Assembly (NCBI GenBank): GCA_041601615.1
Contig: JBFIHX010000007.1
Span: 87,805-151,804, forward strand
DNA from: Thermoplasmatota archaeon
Lineage (GTDB): Archaea > Thermoplasmatota > E2 > JACPAO01 > JAHFTW01
DNA length: 64,000 bases
Reading direction: 5' to 3'
Every line of letters begins with the position of its first letter. The stretch's first letter is position 1. The notes beneath the pieces were generated by a model, which was not told the DNA's origin, did not search any database, and worked only from the letters and a program-made list of their open reading frames with translations. Positions 18,899 to 27,939 of the stretch are shown one piece after another. The position numbers and the translations under genes are program-made.

Positions 18899-20392
18899 TC
18901 AGTGGCGGCGACGGGCAACCACGACGGCGGCGCCGAGTCCTGCGAGAATGCCGAGGGCTCCGGGGCCGGGGCTGTCCTTCTTTACGTCGGGGTCCGCGGT
19001 GGTGGGCGCGGCGGTGTCGTTGGCGGTGACTCCGCCGACGTTTACCTGCAATTCCCAGGTGCGGTCCTTTTGTTGGGAGCCTTCGAGCCAGCTGATGGTG
19101 CCGTTGACTTGGTAGATGCCGTGCGGGACGTCGGTGCCGGGGCGGACGGTGAATTCCTGTTGTTGGTCTTCGCCGGGGCCGATGGCTTGGTGTTCGCGCC
19201 AGGCGACGCTCCATGCGCCGGGGGCTGGGGCTTGGGTGCTTTGGACGATGGGGTCGTCGTAGCTTGTGAACGGGTGGCCGGTGGCGCCACCGAGGTTGCG
19301 CATGGCGAACTGGAACACGGCGGCTTCCCCGGGAGAGACTGTCTTGGTTTGTTCGTCTACGCTGATTTGGAGGCGCGGTACGTCGAGCGTAATGGCGCCG
19401 CCGCCGGCGCTGCCGATGTGGATTTCTTTCTGGGCTAGGTTGCCTGCAAGGTCGCGGGCTTCCACGCGCACCACGTCGCTGTCTAGGATGGGGCGACCTG
19501 AGAGGGCCCAGGCTTCGCCGAGGGGGCCGCAGGTCTGGGGAGGTTGTTGGCTGCATTCGTTCGCGACGGTGCTGCCGGTGCCGTAGGGGCCGTAGCCGGG
19601 CAGCAAGTCGTCGTCCCAGATGCGCCCTTCAAAGGGAGTCATGTTCTGAACGGCGCCGTCCTTTTGGTGCACGAGTTTGCCGTTGATGAACACCCGCAGT
19701 TCGGAGAGGGGTTCGGCAAATTCGAGGGTGAGGGTGGAGCCGGCGGGGGCGGCGTTCTTGCTGATGTCCAGTTCACCGTCGCCAGGAAGCATAATGGCCC
19801 AGGGCTCCGTCTTGTCCTGGGCTTGGTGTTCTGCGGTGGGGTACGGTTCGTCGTTGCAATAACTGGGCGCCGGTTCGGTGCAGTTGTCGACGACGGCGAG
19901 GGTCCAAGCGCGTGCGATTTCGTTGTCGTTGGCGTCGTAGGCGTGGACTGCGGCCATGTAGTCGCCATCGGGGACGAGGGTCGTTTGGAGGTTGATGAAG
20001 AAGCCGTCCGAGGGGTCAATGTCGGCGCGGTAGTTGATGATGTAGGGGCCGCTGGGAATCCAGGGCTCCATGGCGCAGACTTCTGTTTCGCTGGCCATCT
20101 GGGACACGGGGCTGAAGCTGAAGCCGAAGGTGGCAATTTGGTCGGCGCCGTCGCCGATGGCTTGGAACTGCGCAAAGAGCTGTCCTTGCGCGTGCACTTT
20201 GCCGTCGCCCTTCTGTTTGAGTCCGGGGTTCAGGAAATCTAGAAGGATGTCGCCGCAGCAGTCGAAGTCGCTGTTGGCTTGACATTCGGTTCCCTGCTGG
20301 TCGAGTTCTGCGCCGGCAAACGCAGCGGGCACGGAGACTAGCAGGAGCAGGAAGCAAAGGCCGGCCTGGACCGGACGCATACACCACATCAT
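18899..20392 (-). CDS. secreted surface protein with PGF-CTERM-like tail
   Basis: Start refined to M92: 'MMWCMRPVQAGLCFLLLLVSVPAAFAG'. C-terminus '...SPGPGALGILAGLGAAVVVARRRH*'. There is no catalytic motif. Confidence 0.6.
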   Translation of the reverse strand: MMWCMRPVQAGLCFLLLLVSVPAAFAGAELDQQGTECQANSDFDCCGDILLDFLNPGLKQKGDGKVHAQGQLFAQFQAIGDGADQIATFGFSFSPVSQMASETEVCAMEPWIPSGPYIINYRADIDPSDGFFINLQTTLVPDGDYMAAVHAYDANDNEIARAWTLAVVDNCTEPAPSYCNDEPYPTAEHQAQDKTEPWAIMLPGDGELDISKNAAPAGSTLTLEFAEPLSELRVFINGKLVHQKDGAVQNMTPFEGRIWDDDLLPGYGPYGTGSTVANECSQQPPQTCGPLGEAWALSGRPILDSDVVRVEARDLAGNLAQKEIHIGSAGGGAITLDVPRLQISVDEQTKTVSPGEAAVFQFAMRNLGGATGHPFTSYDDPIVQSTQAPAPGAWSVAWREHQAIGPGEDQQQEFTVRPGTDVPHGIYQVNGTISWLEGSQQKDRTWELQVNVGGVTANDTAAPTTADPDVKKDSPGPGALGILAGLGAAVVVARRRH

Positions 20393-20501
20393 GGCATCGA
20401 GGCCGCTTTGCGGGCAAAAGGGTTGTTGTCGGTTTTGGAAGTTGGAGGCTTTTGAGAAATCCCCAGTCAACGTCAAACGAGGGGGTTTCATTTTGGGGGA
20501 T

Positions 20502-20921
20502 ATGCTCCGTTCTTTGGGCGTTCTTTGCATGCTGGCGGTCGTCACTCTGGCCGTACCGACCTCCGCAGCTTCGCTGGAAAAAGACACCGATGGCCTAGGC
20601 GTGTTCCCGGTGGATTGTTTGGCCGGGTACGCAGGTTGGCAAATCCGCGATACGGGATACTTCATCGGCGACCCGATGAACCGCTTTGGCTACTACCAAC
20701 AAGTCCTGGTGTTCAACAACTTCATCCTGGTCTTCTGTGCCTTGTATGAAGTCAACTGTGCCCAGGTGTACGCCTCCGATCTCCTGATGGACTTTGGCTC
20801 CAACCTCTCCAACGGTGCCTACTTTGCGGCGGTTGCGTCGACCATTCCAAACTCCTTGGACTACGCAAGTTGCGCAACGGGCGTGCCGATGCCGACACCC
20901 ACGGTGAACATCGCACAGTAA
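20502..20921 (+). CDS. small secreted hypothetical protein
   Basis: Internal ATG 20502 gives 'MLRSLGVLCMLAVVTLAVPTSAAS' as a signal peptide. The protein is about 139 aa and Cys-containing. Confidence 0.35.
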   Translation: MLRSLGVLCMLAVVTLAVPTSAASLEKDTDGLGVFPVDCLAGYAGWQIRDTGYFIGDPMNRFGYYQQVLVFNNFILVFCALYEVNCAQVYASDLLMDFGSNLSNGAYFAAVASTIPNSLDYASCATGVPMPTPTVNIAQ

Positions 20922-21180
20922 AACGACGAACATTCATTTGTTCCTTCGTCCCTCTGGGGCCATCTCCGCCTCCTTTCCCACCCCATTCTTCCTTGGCGCC
21001 CATTCGAGGCGCGGGCAGTTCCCCAGCCTCATTGGGCAAAGCGATACGCTCCCGTCCGCATCAGCGCCATGCAAAAACGGGGTCAGCGTCAAAAATGGAG
21101 AAAGGAAGGAAAGCCGGAATGGAAGAAAGAAGGAAAATCCTGAGCAAGCGGCTATCGAGGCCCCAAGCGATGGGGGGCAC

Positions 21181-21960
21181 TCAGCTTGCGTAGGTTCGAA
21201 TCAGGTCCGTCCTGGTGACGATACCTTCGATGGTGCCGCGACCGTCGACGATGGGCAGCGCTCCGACGTGGTGTTGCCGCATCAGACCCGCCGCCTCCAT
21301 GGCAGTCATGTCACTGCGGCCCGTGATCACTTCGCGTCGCATCCAGTCGCCTACTTGCATGTCGCGAATGGTCGCCTTCTGGACGCTTTGGTCGGCTTCC
21401 TTGAAGCCGGCAAAGGCGCTGGCAATTTCATGCTCGGCGATGATGCCGGCAATGCGGCCACCGTCAAGCACCGGCAAACGCGCCACATCGTTGTCGAGAA
21501 TCATGCGACGGGCATGAATCATGCGCTCGCCTGGACTGACGGAGTGCACTTGTCGGTGCATCAATTCCGCCAGGCGCCGATCGCTCTTGACCAGCGGCAG
21601 CAGGTCGCTCTTTGTGACGACGCCCACGAGGTGGTCGCCTTGGACCACGGGAATCATCGTCAGGCCTGGTTTGCCCACGTCGGCCAGCAGCGTTGCAAGC
21701 GGTTCGTCCGGGTGCGCGACGATGAAGTCCTTCTCCATCACGCCGCTCGCGTGGAGCGTACTGGTCTGAATGTTCTTGTTGTGGGCCCGACCCAGTTTGT
21801 CGGCAATGTGCCCATCCGTGACGATGCCTACAAGGCGGCCGTCTTCGGTCACGGGGATTTTGGTCATGTTGTGCTGCTCCATGAGAGCGAGCACGTCCTT
21901 CAGGTTGCGGTCTTTGTCCACAGTGATGAGTTCCGTGGACATTACTTCTCGTACTTTCAT
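21181..21960 (-). CDS. CBS-domain protein (two CBS pairs)
   Basis: Start at M42 'MKVREVMSTELITV'. Four CBS repeats each carry an 'xxLPVxDxGxLVGIVTxxDL' pattern. Confidence 0.8.
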   Translation of the reverse strand: MKVREVMSTELITVDKDRNLKDVLALMEQHNMTKIPVTEDGRLVGIVTDGHIADKLGRAHNKNIQTSTLHASGVMEKDFIVAHPDEPLATLLADVGKPGLTMIPVVQGDHLVGVVTKSDLLPLVKSDRRLAELMHRQVHSVSPGERMIHARRMILDNDVARLPVLDGGRIAGIIAEHEIASAFAGFKEADQSVQKATIRDMQVGDWMRREVITGRSDMTAMEAAGLMRQHHVGALPIVDGRGTIEGIVTRTDLIRTYAS

Positions 21961-22223
21961 AGGGTTGCGCCTCAGCGAAGCGTGCACCTGCCTCCAAGTG
22001 GGCTTTGGACCGCGCCGCCGGGAATCCCACCCGAGGTGCGCGCCCTTTGCAGTTGGTCGGTTCGATCCGGACCTTGCACGCAACCCATAGTATCAAGTTC
22101 CGAGCTTATCAGCGCTTCGTATGGACCCAGCGCCCGGGAGTACACAAGAGGGCATTCTGACCCCGAAGTAGTTTCACTGGCGTCTCCCGTTCCTTTGTAA
22201 TCCACGCCAAGGCTTCCTCATTC

Positions 22224-22718
22224 GTGCCCGCCGCCACGGCCTCCCGGCCGCCGAGCAAGATCAACCGCGCCGCCAAAGGAGCCGCCATCGAACTCAAGGC
22301 GATCAAACTTCTCGAACTCGAAGGCTACACCATCCACCGCTGCATTCGAACCGGAGTACGTCGTGGCGGACTCTGGATCAGCCAAAGCAACGACATCTTC
22401 GGCTGCATCGACCTCGTGGCCAAAAAACGCGGCGAACGCACGCGCTGGATCCAAGTCACCTCCCACAGCGGCGTTGGCCAGAAAAAAGAGGACCTCGCCG
22501 AAGTTCCATGGGACCCCATCCACGACTCCGTGGAAATCTGGCGCTGGATCGGCGGCGCGCGCCGCAAACACAAAACCACCGGCGCCTGGCTGGACCGCCA
22601 ATACTTCCAAATCTACCACCTCGACGACGACTACGCCCTCGTGCCCGAGCGACGCATACGCGAACCACCCGAATGGAACCCCGAAGAAGACTGCACCTTC
22701 GGAGGCGAGGAAGAATGA
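22224..22718 (+). CDS. Hjc-like PD-(D/E)XK nuclease-fold protein (Holliday-junction-resolvase homolog with degenerate E-x-K)
   Basis: 'KGAAIELKAIKLLELEGYTIHR' aligns to the Hjc N-terminal 'KG..ERELIKLLE..GFAVVR'. 'CIDLVAKK' corresponds to the catalytic Asp of 'VDLVAG'. The Hjc 'EVK' position reads 'IQVTS' (Q-x-T). The 3' end overlaps the mutS2-like start. Confidence 0.5.
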   Translation: MPAATASRPPSKINRAAKGAAIELKAIKLLELEGYTIHRCIRTGVRRGGLWISQSNDIFGCIDLVAKKRGERTRWIQVTSHSGVGQKKEDLAEVPWDPIHDSVEIWRWIGGARRKHKTTGAWLDRQYFQIYHLDDDYALVPERRIREPPEWNPEEDCTFGGEEE

Positions 22719-24637
22719 GTCCAAACGCCGCTCCGTCCCTGGAAACCCTGCCCGGAGTCGGCCCCGGACTCGCTGCGGCCCTGCGCAAACGCTTCGGCGG
22801 CGACCAAGGCTTCTTCGACGCCGCGACCCGGCTCGACGTACAAGCCATCAGCAGCGTCGAAGGCATCAGCGAACGACGCGCCGTAGACCTCGTGCGATTC
22901 GTGCGCGGAGACGCCGATGCCGGGCGCTTCCTAGCCACCCCCGCGGCGCGAAAGGTCCACGACGCCGTCATGGAACGACTCATGCGGTTTGCCGCCACCG
23001 ACGTGGGACGCAACCGCTTGCGCCTCCTGCACCCCCTTGCAACTCCAAAGGCCGCCAAGGAACGCGCGGCGCATGTGATGGCGCAAAAAGCGAAAGTCAC
23101 GGACCTCGACCGACGCCGCGTGCGCGACTTGCTGCGCCGCATCAAACCCCTGCAAGAACCGAACGCCATCTGCGACACCACTTGCTTGGTCATTGCCGGC
23201 GACGACGAGACCTACGAGAACCTGCACGGACTTGGCGTGCGCCGTTGGGCGATGCTCGGAACTGCGCGCGACGTAGAACAAGCCGGCGACGTGGAACTTC
23301 TTCTGCTCGTGGACGCAGAAGGCATCGAAGTGGACGTGCCCCACGCACACGACGTACTTTCTGCCGGTGGACTTGCAGCGATCACCCCGCAAGCGCTTCT
23401 GGCCTGGGCCCGCGCCAACCGAGGAACCCTCGAAGCGTGCCGTGACCTCGGCGTGCTGCTGGACCGCCCCAGCCGCGCCGCCGCCGTGCTCGAAACCGTG
23501 GACGGGCTCGGCCCCGCCGCCGCCCCAACCGACCTGATGGATTGTGTCGAGCGCGTGAAACTGGAACTTGACCAGCGCCTGGAAATCGCAGTGGCCGACC
23601 TTAGCCTCGGCGGCTCTGAATTGCTGCGCGCCGTGAGCAGCGGCACCCTCCCACCCGCCCTCAAAACCGCCGTGGACACCGTCCTACGCGAGGGTCGCAA
23701 CCTTTTGCGCGAACGCACCGGCGTCAGTTTCCAACCGTTTTTGCCAAAATACCCCGTGGAAATCGACGACGACGAGGTGCAACGCGTCGTGCAAGCCGCC
23801 CAAGCCCACACGCGCACCCAGACCTTCCAAAAACAACAAGCCGCCGCCAAAATCGTCGCCCAAACCCAAGAACCGCTGGCAGCCGAAGTAGCGCAATGGC
23901 TCGAATTCGACGCCGACTTCGCTCTCGGCTGCTTTGCCCACCACCACGACCTGCACCCAGCCCAATTCGGAGCGAACCTGCAATTTTCGTCCAGCATCCA
24001 CCTCGACCTTGCCGCAACACCCGGGGCCCAGCGCATCGCCTACCAAATTGGAGGCGAAGCACAGATTGCTGTCCTCACAGGGGCCAACAGTGGTGGAAAA
24101 TCGACGCTCCTCGAACACCTTTGCCAGCTTGCGCTCATGGCACGCATGGGCCTCCCCGTCGCGGGCCAAGACGTAGAAGTTCCTTGGGTCGATGAAGTGC
24201 ACCTCGTCACCGCCCGCCGCGGCATGGACGCGGGCGCCTTCGAGACTTTCCTCAAGGGCTTCCTTCCCGTCGTGCGCGGCGACGCCAAGCGCCTCGTGCT
24301 TGCTGACGAAGTGGAAAGTGTCACGGAACTAGAGGCAGCCGGCCGCATTCTGGCGTTCTTTGCCGACAAGCTCGCGGAAACCGAATCCCTCGGAGTCATT
24401 GTCACACACATGGCCGAACCGCTGCTTGCCAACGTCCGCACCGCTAAGCTGCGCGTGGACGGCATCGAGGCGACGGGGCTCGACGAGAACAACCAGTTGG
24501 TCGTGGACCGCTGCCCAAAGATGGGCGTGCGGGCGCGCTCGACTCCGGAGTTGATTGTGCAGCGGTTGGTGCGCATGGCGAATGCAGCAGATCGAGAGCT
24601 CTACGGGTCGTTGTTGACGCGGCTCGGAACACCCTAG
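22715..24637 (+). CDS. archaeal MutS2-like ATPase (MutS domain V) with N-terminal helix-hairpin-helix
   Basis: ATG overlaps the upstream stop. 'LETLPGVGPGLAAALRKRFG' is an HhH. Walker A 'LTGANSGGKSTLLE' and the MutS-type 'RLVLADEVESVTE' are present. No Smr domain. Confidence 0.8.
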   Translation: MSPNAAPSLETLPGVGPGLAAALRKRFGGDQGFFDAATRLDVQAISSVEGISERRAVDLVRFVRGDADAGRFLATPAARKVHDAVMERLMRFAATDVGRNRLRLLHPLATPKAAKERAAHVMAQKAKVTDLDRRRVRDLLRRIKPLQEPNAICDTTCLVIAGDDETYENLHGLGVRRWAMLGTARDVEQAGDVELLLLVDAEGIEVDVPHAHDVLSAGGLAAITPQALLAWARANRGTLEACRDLGVLLDRPSRAAAVLETVDGLGPAAAPTDLMDCVERVKLELDQRLEIAVADLSLGGSELLRAVSSGTLPPALKTAVDTVLREGRNLLRERTGVSFQPFLPKYPVEIDDDEVQRVVQAAQAHTRTQTFQKQQAAAKIVAQTQEPLAAEVAQWLEFDADFALGCFAHHHDLHPAQFGANLQFSSSIHLDLAATPGAQRIAYQIGGEAQIAVLTGANSGGKSTLLEHLCQLALMARMGLPVAGQDVEVPWVDEVHLVTARRGMDAGAFETFLKGFLPVVRGDAKRLVLADEVESVTELEAAGRILAFFADKLAETESLGVIVTHMAEPLLANVRTAKLRVDGIEATGLDENNQLVVDRCPKMGVRARSTPELIVQRLVRMANAADRELYGSLLTRLGTP

Positions 24638-25047
24638 GCCCACATGCGTGGGTCAAATTTCACGACCCCTTCCTTGCGCACCTCACCCCAGTCATCAGCG
24701 GCCGGATTCAGCAGCACATTCCGCCCCGGCACCACGACACTCGGAACCGTCGCCGCCAAGGCTCCCGAATCCAGAAATGCGGAGCCCCTGCGGCCGGAGC
24801 CTTCGTTGCGTTTCCCGGTCAATTCCGGTACGTCGTCGGGGATCTCGGCGCTGACGAGCCGCCATCGTTCGAGGTCTAAGGGCAGGACCCCTCCGGCCAT
24901 CACTTCGAGAACCGCAAGGGCGGCGTGTTCGCTGGCATACACCATAGGCCGGCCTTTTGGATTCCAGCGGCCGGGAAATTGCCTGGCTCCTTCTCCACTC
25001 CAGGCCTCCTTGACGAACCGTTCGTGGACGCATCGCCAGACCCGCAT
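24634..25047 (-). CDS. RES-domain toxin (RES-Xre TA system)
   Basis: 'GRWNPKGRPMVYASEHAALAVLE' and '...VPSVVVPGRNVLLNPAA' give the R...E...S residues of the RES domain. The start is taken at M41 (25047) abutting the antitoxin stop. A longer form to 25167 would overlap the antitoxin by 120 nt. Confidence 0.65.
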   Translation of the reverse strand: MRVWRCVHERFVKEAWSGEGARQFPGRWNPKGRPMVYASEHAALAVLEVMAGGVLPLDLERWRLVSAEIPDDVPELTGKRNEGSGRRGSAFLDSGALAATVPSVVVPGRNVLLNPAADDWGEVRKEGVVKFDPRMWA

Positions 25048-25460
25048 CAAAAGACACCGTGGGCGAGGCGGCCGAGCAGGGACTCCACTTCGGCGGCTCC
25101 GATCTCGGTACCTGCGGAAATCAAGGGAGTCCGTCCACCCAATCGAGGGTTTGCGGCCATAAGCCATTCCAAGGCGCGGGGTCCCGGAAAAAGCTCCAAG
25201 GCTGCGTCATAGATTCGTGCAATGCGTGCAATGCGCTCTGATTCATGCTCTGAAAATCCTTTTCCGGCAAGCCTTCGGCGCCCGGTGCTGACGGGAATGT
25301 GGGCGCTTACAAACAATTGCTCCTGCGTCATGCCTGTGATTTCAAGAAATCCCCTGATTTGGGCCGATCGGAGACCTCGGTGAATCTTCTCTGCGAGGGC
25401 CAATCGATCCTCCGCCTTCACCTGGAGACTCACAATCTCAGCACTCATTTGAGACTTCAT
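25047..25460 (-). CDS. Xre-like antitoxin (MbcA/ParS-type, DUF2384-like C-terminal domain)
   Basis: 'GMTQEQLFVSAHIPVSTGRRRLAGK' is an HTH and 'IARIARIYDAALELFPGPRALEWLMAANPRLGGRTPL' is the DUF2384-type C-terminus. It sits immediately upstream of the RES gene. Confidence 0.7.
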   Translation of the reverse strand: MKSQMSAEIVSLQVKAEDRLALAEKIHRGLRSAQIRGFLEITGMTQEQLFVSAHIPVSTGRRRLAGKGFSEHESERIARIARIYDAALELFPGPRALEWLMAANPRLGGRTPLISAGTEIGAAEVESLLGRLAHGVF

Positions 25461-26258
25461 AGCCTCTCAAATGATATCAACCAATCGCCCACCACGCCCC
25501 GCATCGACCCAAAAACAGGTAAATACCGACCTCGGCTCGGCGCCCGAGTGCCTCGCCCCGCGGACGTGGAAGCCCTGAAGCAACTGGCCCTTCTTGGTGG
25601 CCTGCACGACCCCGTCGAACTTGCGTCCGCAGAGTTCGCTGACCTCATCGACGTGTCGCAGCAAACCGCAAGCCGCCGCCTCATTGAATTGACCGAAGAG
25701 GGATTCATCCGCCGCGAAATGGGGGTTCGCAAACAACGCATCCGCATCACCTCCGACGGCGAATCGCTCCTGCGCGCGGAGCACATGCAATACCGCCGGC
25801 TCTTCGAGAAACAGGAAAACATCCACATCTCGGGCACCGTCCAAACCGGCCTCGGCGAGGGGCGCTACTACCTGTCCCGCCCAGGCTACGATGCGCAATT
25901 CCAGCAGCACCTTGGCTGGCGACCGTACCCCGGCACACTCAACCTAGACCTTGGCGGCGCAGAGGCAAACAAACTCAAATTCCTTCGCAAGAACCCAGTC
26001 CACCTCATCCAAGGATTCCAAGCGGAGGGGCGCAGTTTCGGCGGCGTTACTTGCTTCCCCGCTCGCATCGGCAAACAGGAAGTGGCAGCAATTCTGCCCA
26101 ACCGAACCCATTACACCACGGTGCTGGAAGTGATCGCCCCCGTCTGCTTGCGTGAAGAGCTACCGGTGGTGGACGGCGACCGCGTGGAGCTGGACTTGTT
26201 TCTGGACGGCGTACCAACCACCGACGTGATTCGTGCGCACCCGGAGGCAGAGTCGTGA
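25299..26258 (+). CDS. ribK: CTP-dependent riboflavin kinase fused to N-terminal winged HTH (RbkR-type regulator/kinase)
   Basis: C-terminal 'HISGTVQTGLGEGRYYLSRPGY...PYPGTLNLDL' is the MJ0056-type riboflavin kinase fold. N-terminal '...VSQQTASRRLIELTEEGFIRRE' is a wHTH. The start is uncertain: the maximal ORF overlaps the convergent antitoxin gene, and an in-frame GTG lies near 25590. Confidence 0.7.
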   Translation: MGAYKQLLLRHACDFKKSPDLGRSETSVNLLCEGQSILRLHLETHNLSTHLRLHSLSNDINQSPTTPRIDPKTGKYRPRLGARVPRPADVEALKQLALLGGLHDPVELASAEFADLIDVSQQTASRRLIELTEEGFIRREMGVRKQRIRITSDGESLLRAEHMQYRRLFEKQENIHISGTVQTGLGEGRYYLSRPGYDAQFQQHLGWRPYPGTLNLDLGGAEANKLKFLRKNPVHLIQGFQAEGRSFGGVTCFPARIGKQEVAAILPNRTHYTTVLEVIAPVCLREELPVVDGDRVELDLFLDGVPTTDVIRAHPEAES

Positions 26259-26800
26259 ACATCGAAGTGCTTCGGCTCGGGCACCGCCCACAACGAGACA
26301 AACGCATTACGACCCACGTTTGCCTTACCGCCCGCGCACTCGGCGCCAACCGTGTGTGCATCGCGGAAGAAGACGGCAGCATCGCCACATCCGTTACGGA
26401 TCTCACGGCCCGGTTCGGAGGCAATTTCGTCCTGGAACACAACACCGGCTGGAAAGGCGTGGTGCGTCGCTGGAAAGAGGCAGGGGGCCAAGTTGTGCAC
26501 CTTACCATGTACGGTCGACCCCTCGGCGTTGCTGTGCCGGAGATTCTTGCCCGAGGCTCGGATGTATTGGTGGTCGTGGGCGCCGAAAAGGTTCCCGGAG
26601 ACTTGTACAAACTGGCAGACGAAAACGTCGCGGTCGGCAACCAGCCACACTCGGAGGTCGCTGCATTGGCGCTTCTGATGGATCGGCTGCGGGATGGCGC
26701 TTGGGAGTCGGACGAGTTTGCCGGCGCGGAATTGCGAGTGGTTCCGGAGGCACACGGCAAACGCGTGCTCGGCGCATCGGACGAACCTGAAACAGAGTAG
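26255..26800 (+). CDS. trm56: tRNA (cytidine56-2'-O)-methyltransferase (SPOUT)
   Basis: 'MNIEVLRLGHRPQRDKRITTHVCLTARALGA' is the near-canonical aTrm56 N-terminus. At 181 aa the size is right. A GTGA overlap with ribK gives translational coupling. Confidence 0.9.
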   Translation: MNIEVLRLGHRPQRDKRITTHVCLTARALGANRVCIAEEDGSIATSVTDLTARFGGNFVLEHNTGWKGVVRRWKEAGGQVVHLTMYGRPLGVAVPEILARGSDVLVVVGAEKVPGDLYKLADENVAVGNQPHSEVAALALLMDRLRDGAWESDEFAGAELRVVPEAHGKRVLGASDEPETE

Positions 26801-26865
26801 CAAGCCGACTCCACGGGTATGATGCCAAACCGTTATCCCGACCTCGAAGGTCCCCAAGTTGGACC

Positions 26866-27396
26866 ATGACTGTACGCACGGCGGATTGGATTCCGAGCCT
26901 GGAAGACCCCGAAATTCAGCGCTACCTATTCGAGGAAGTGGGCGAGGAGGGCATGGAGATGTCCAAGTTCCTTCAGGACAATGAACCAATCTCCAGCGTG
27001 GACATTCTCGACCACTACGCCGAGCGCAAGCCGTCCGACGTGCGCAAAGTTCTCTATCGACTCATGGAGGCGCACGCTGCCGAGTACGAGAAGGACACCG
27101 ACAAAGCCGGCTGGGAGACGTTTACCTGGCGCCTAGACTTGGCCGAAGTGGCTTTGATTCTGCGCCGCCGCTGGGCCGATGAATTGGTGCACTTGCAGAA
27201 GCAATTGCGCTTCGAATTGGACCACGAGTACTACGCGTGCGATGACCTGCACCGCCGCATGGTGTTCGAGGATGCGATGGACATCAACTTCCACTGCCCC
27301 GTGTGCCAGAAGCCCATGGAGCCCGTGGACAACGCCATGGTCATTGAGGCACTGCGTGGCCGCGTCCAAGAACTGGAACCGTTCGTCACGGCCTAA
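26866..27396 (+). CDS. tfe: transcription factor E (TFIIE-alpha homolog)
   Basis: An N-terminal winged helix ('ISSVDILDHYAERKPSDVRKVLYRL') is followed by a Zn-ribbon 'YYACDDLHRRMVFEDAMDINFHCPVCQ'. At 176 aa the size is right. Confidence 0.85.
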   Translation: MTVRTADWIPSLEDPEIQRYLFEEVGEEGMEMSKFLQDNEPISSVDILDHYAERKPSDVRKVLYRLMEAHAAEYEKDTDKAGWETFTWRLDLAEVALILRRRWADELVHLQKQLRFELDHEYYACDDLHRRMVFEDAMDINFHCPVCQKPMEPVDNAMVIEALRGRVQELEPFVTA

Positions 27397-27436
27397 AGCC
27401 TGGCGCGCCCTCGTGGCCGCCGCCCCACCCGCGTGG

Positions 27437-27934
27437 GTGCTCGATCATGTGCTTGCCGTCGAAGGCCTCGCGGTCGCCATGGCCATGCGCGCCGAAGAAG
27501 TCGGACTCGAAGTGGACGTGGAACTTGTCAGCACCGGCTCATTGCTGCATGACATCGGTCGAAGCGTGACCCAGGATTTGCACCATGCCCATGTGGGCGC
27601 CGACCTCCTGCGCCAACCGCCGCCCTGGCCAGAACCGGTGTGTCGCATCGCCGAGACGCATACAGGCGCAGGTGTTACGCCCGAGGACGCAACGGCAGCA
27701 GGGTTGCCGGCACGCGACTACATGCCCAGGAGCCTAGAGGAACGCATCGTGGCGCACGCGGACAATTTGTTTTCAGGCACCCGGCGGCTGACGCTTGAAG
27801 AGGTTGTGGCCAAGTACGAAGCGAAGGGACTAGCGGAAGCCAGGGGCCAAATCATCCTTTTGCACCATACTTTATCGTGCAAACTTCGCATGGAAATGGA
27901 TTTAATGCCCATAATTGAACTAGATCACCCTTAG
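27437..27934 (+). CDS. HD-domain (HDIG-type) phosphohydrolase
   Basis: 'GSLLHDIGR' is the HD motif and '...HHAHVGADLL...' gives the additional His. The start is inferred from GTG 27437, with ATG 27479 as the alternative. TFE-HD adjacency is common in archaea. Confidence 0.55.
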   Translation: MLDHVLAVEGLAVAMAMRAEEVGLEVDVELVSTGSLLHDIGRSVTQDLHHAHVGADLLRQPPPWPEPVCRIAETHTGAGVTPEDATAAGLPARDYMPRSLEERIVAHADNLFSGTRRLTLEEVVAKYEAKGLAEARGQIILLHHTLSCKLRMEMDLMPIIELDHP

Positions 27935-27939
27935 CAAGA

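Noticed and set aside
21980-22082. Possible intron-containing tRNA suggested by a 'GGTTCGATCC' T-loop-like motif and a GCGTGCA/TGCACGC acceptor-like pairing
   Set aside because: The T-stem does not close properly against the acceptor. There are two extra nucleotides and one mismatch, and no convincing D-arm or anticodon arm could be folded by hand. A tRNA/intron scanner would settle it.
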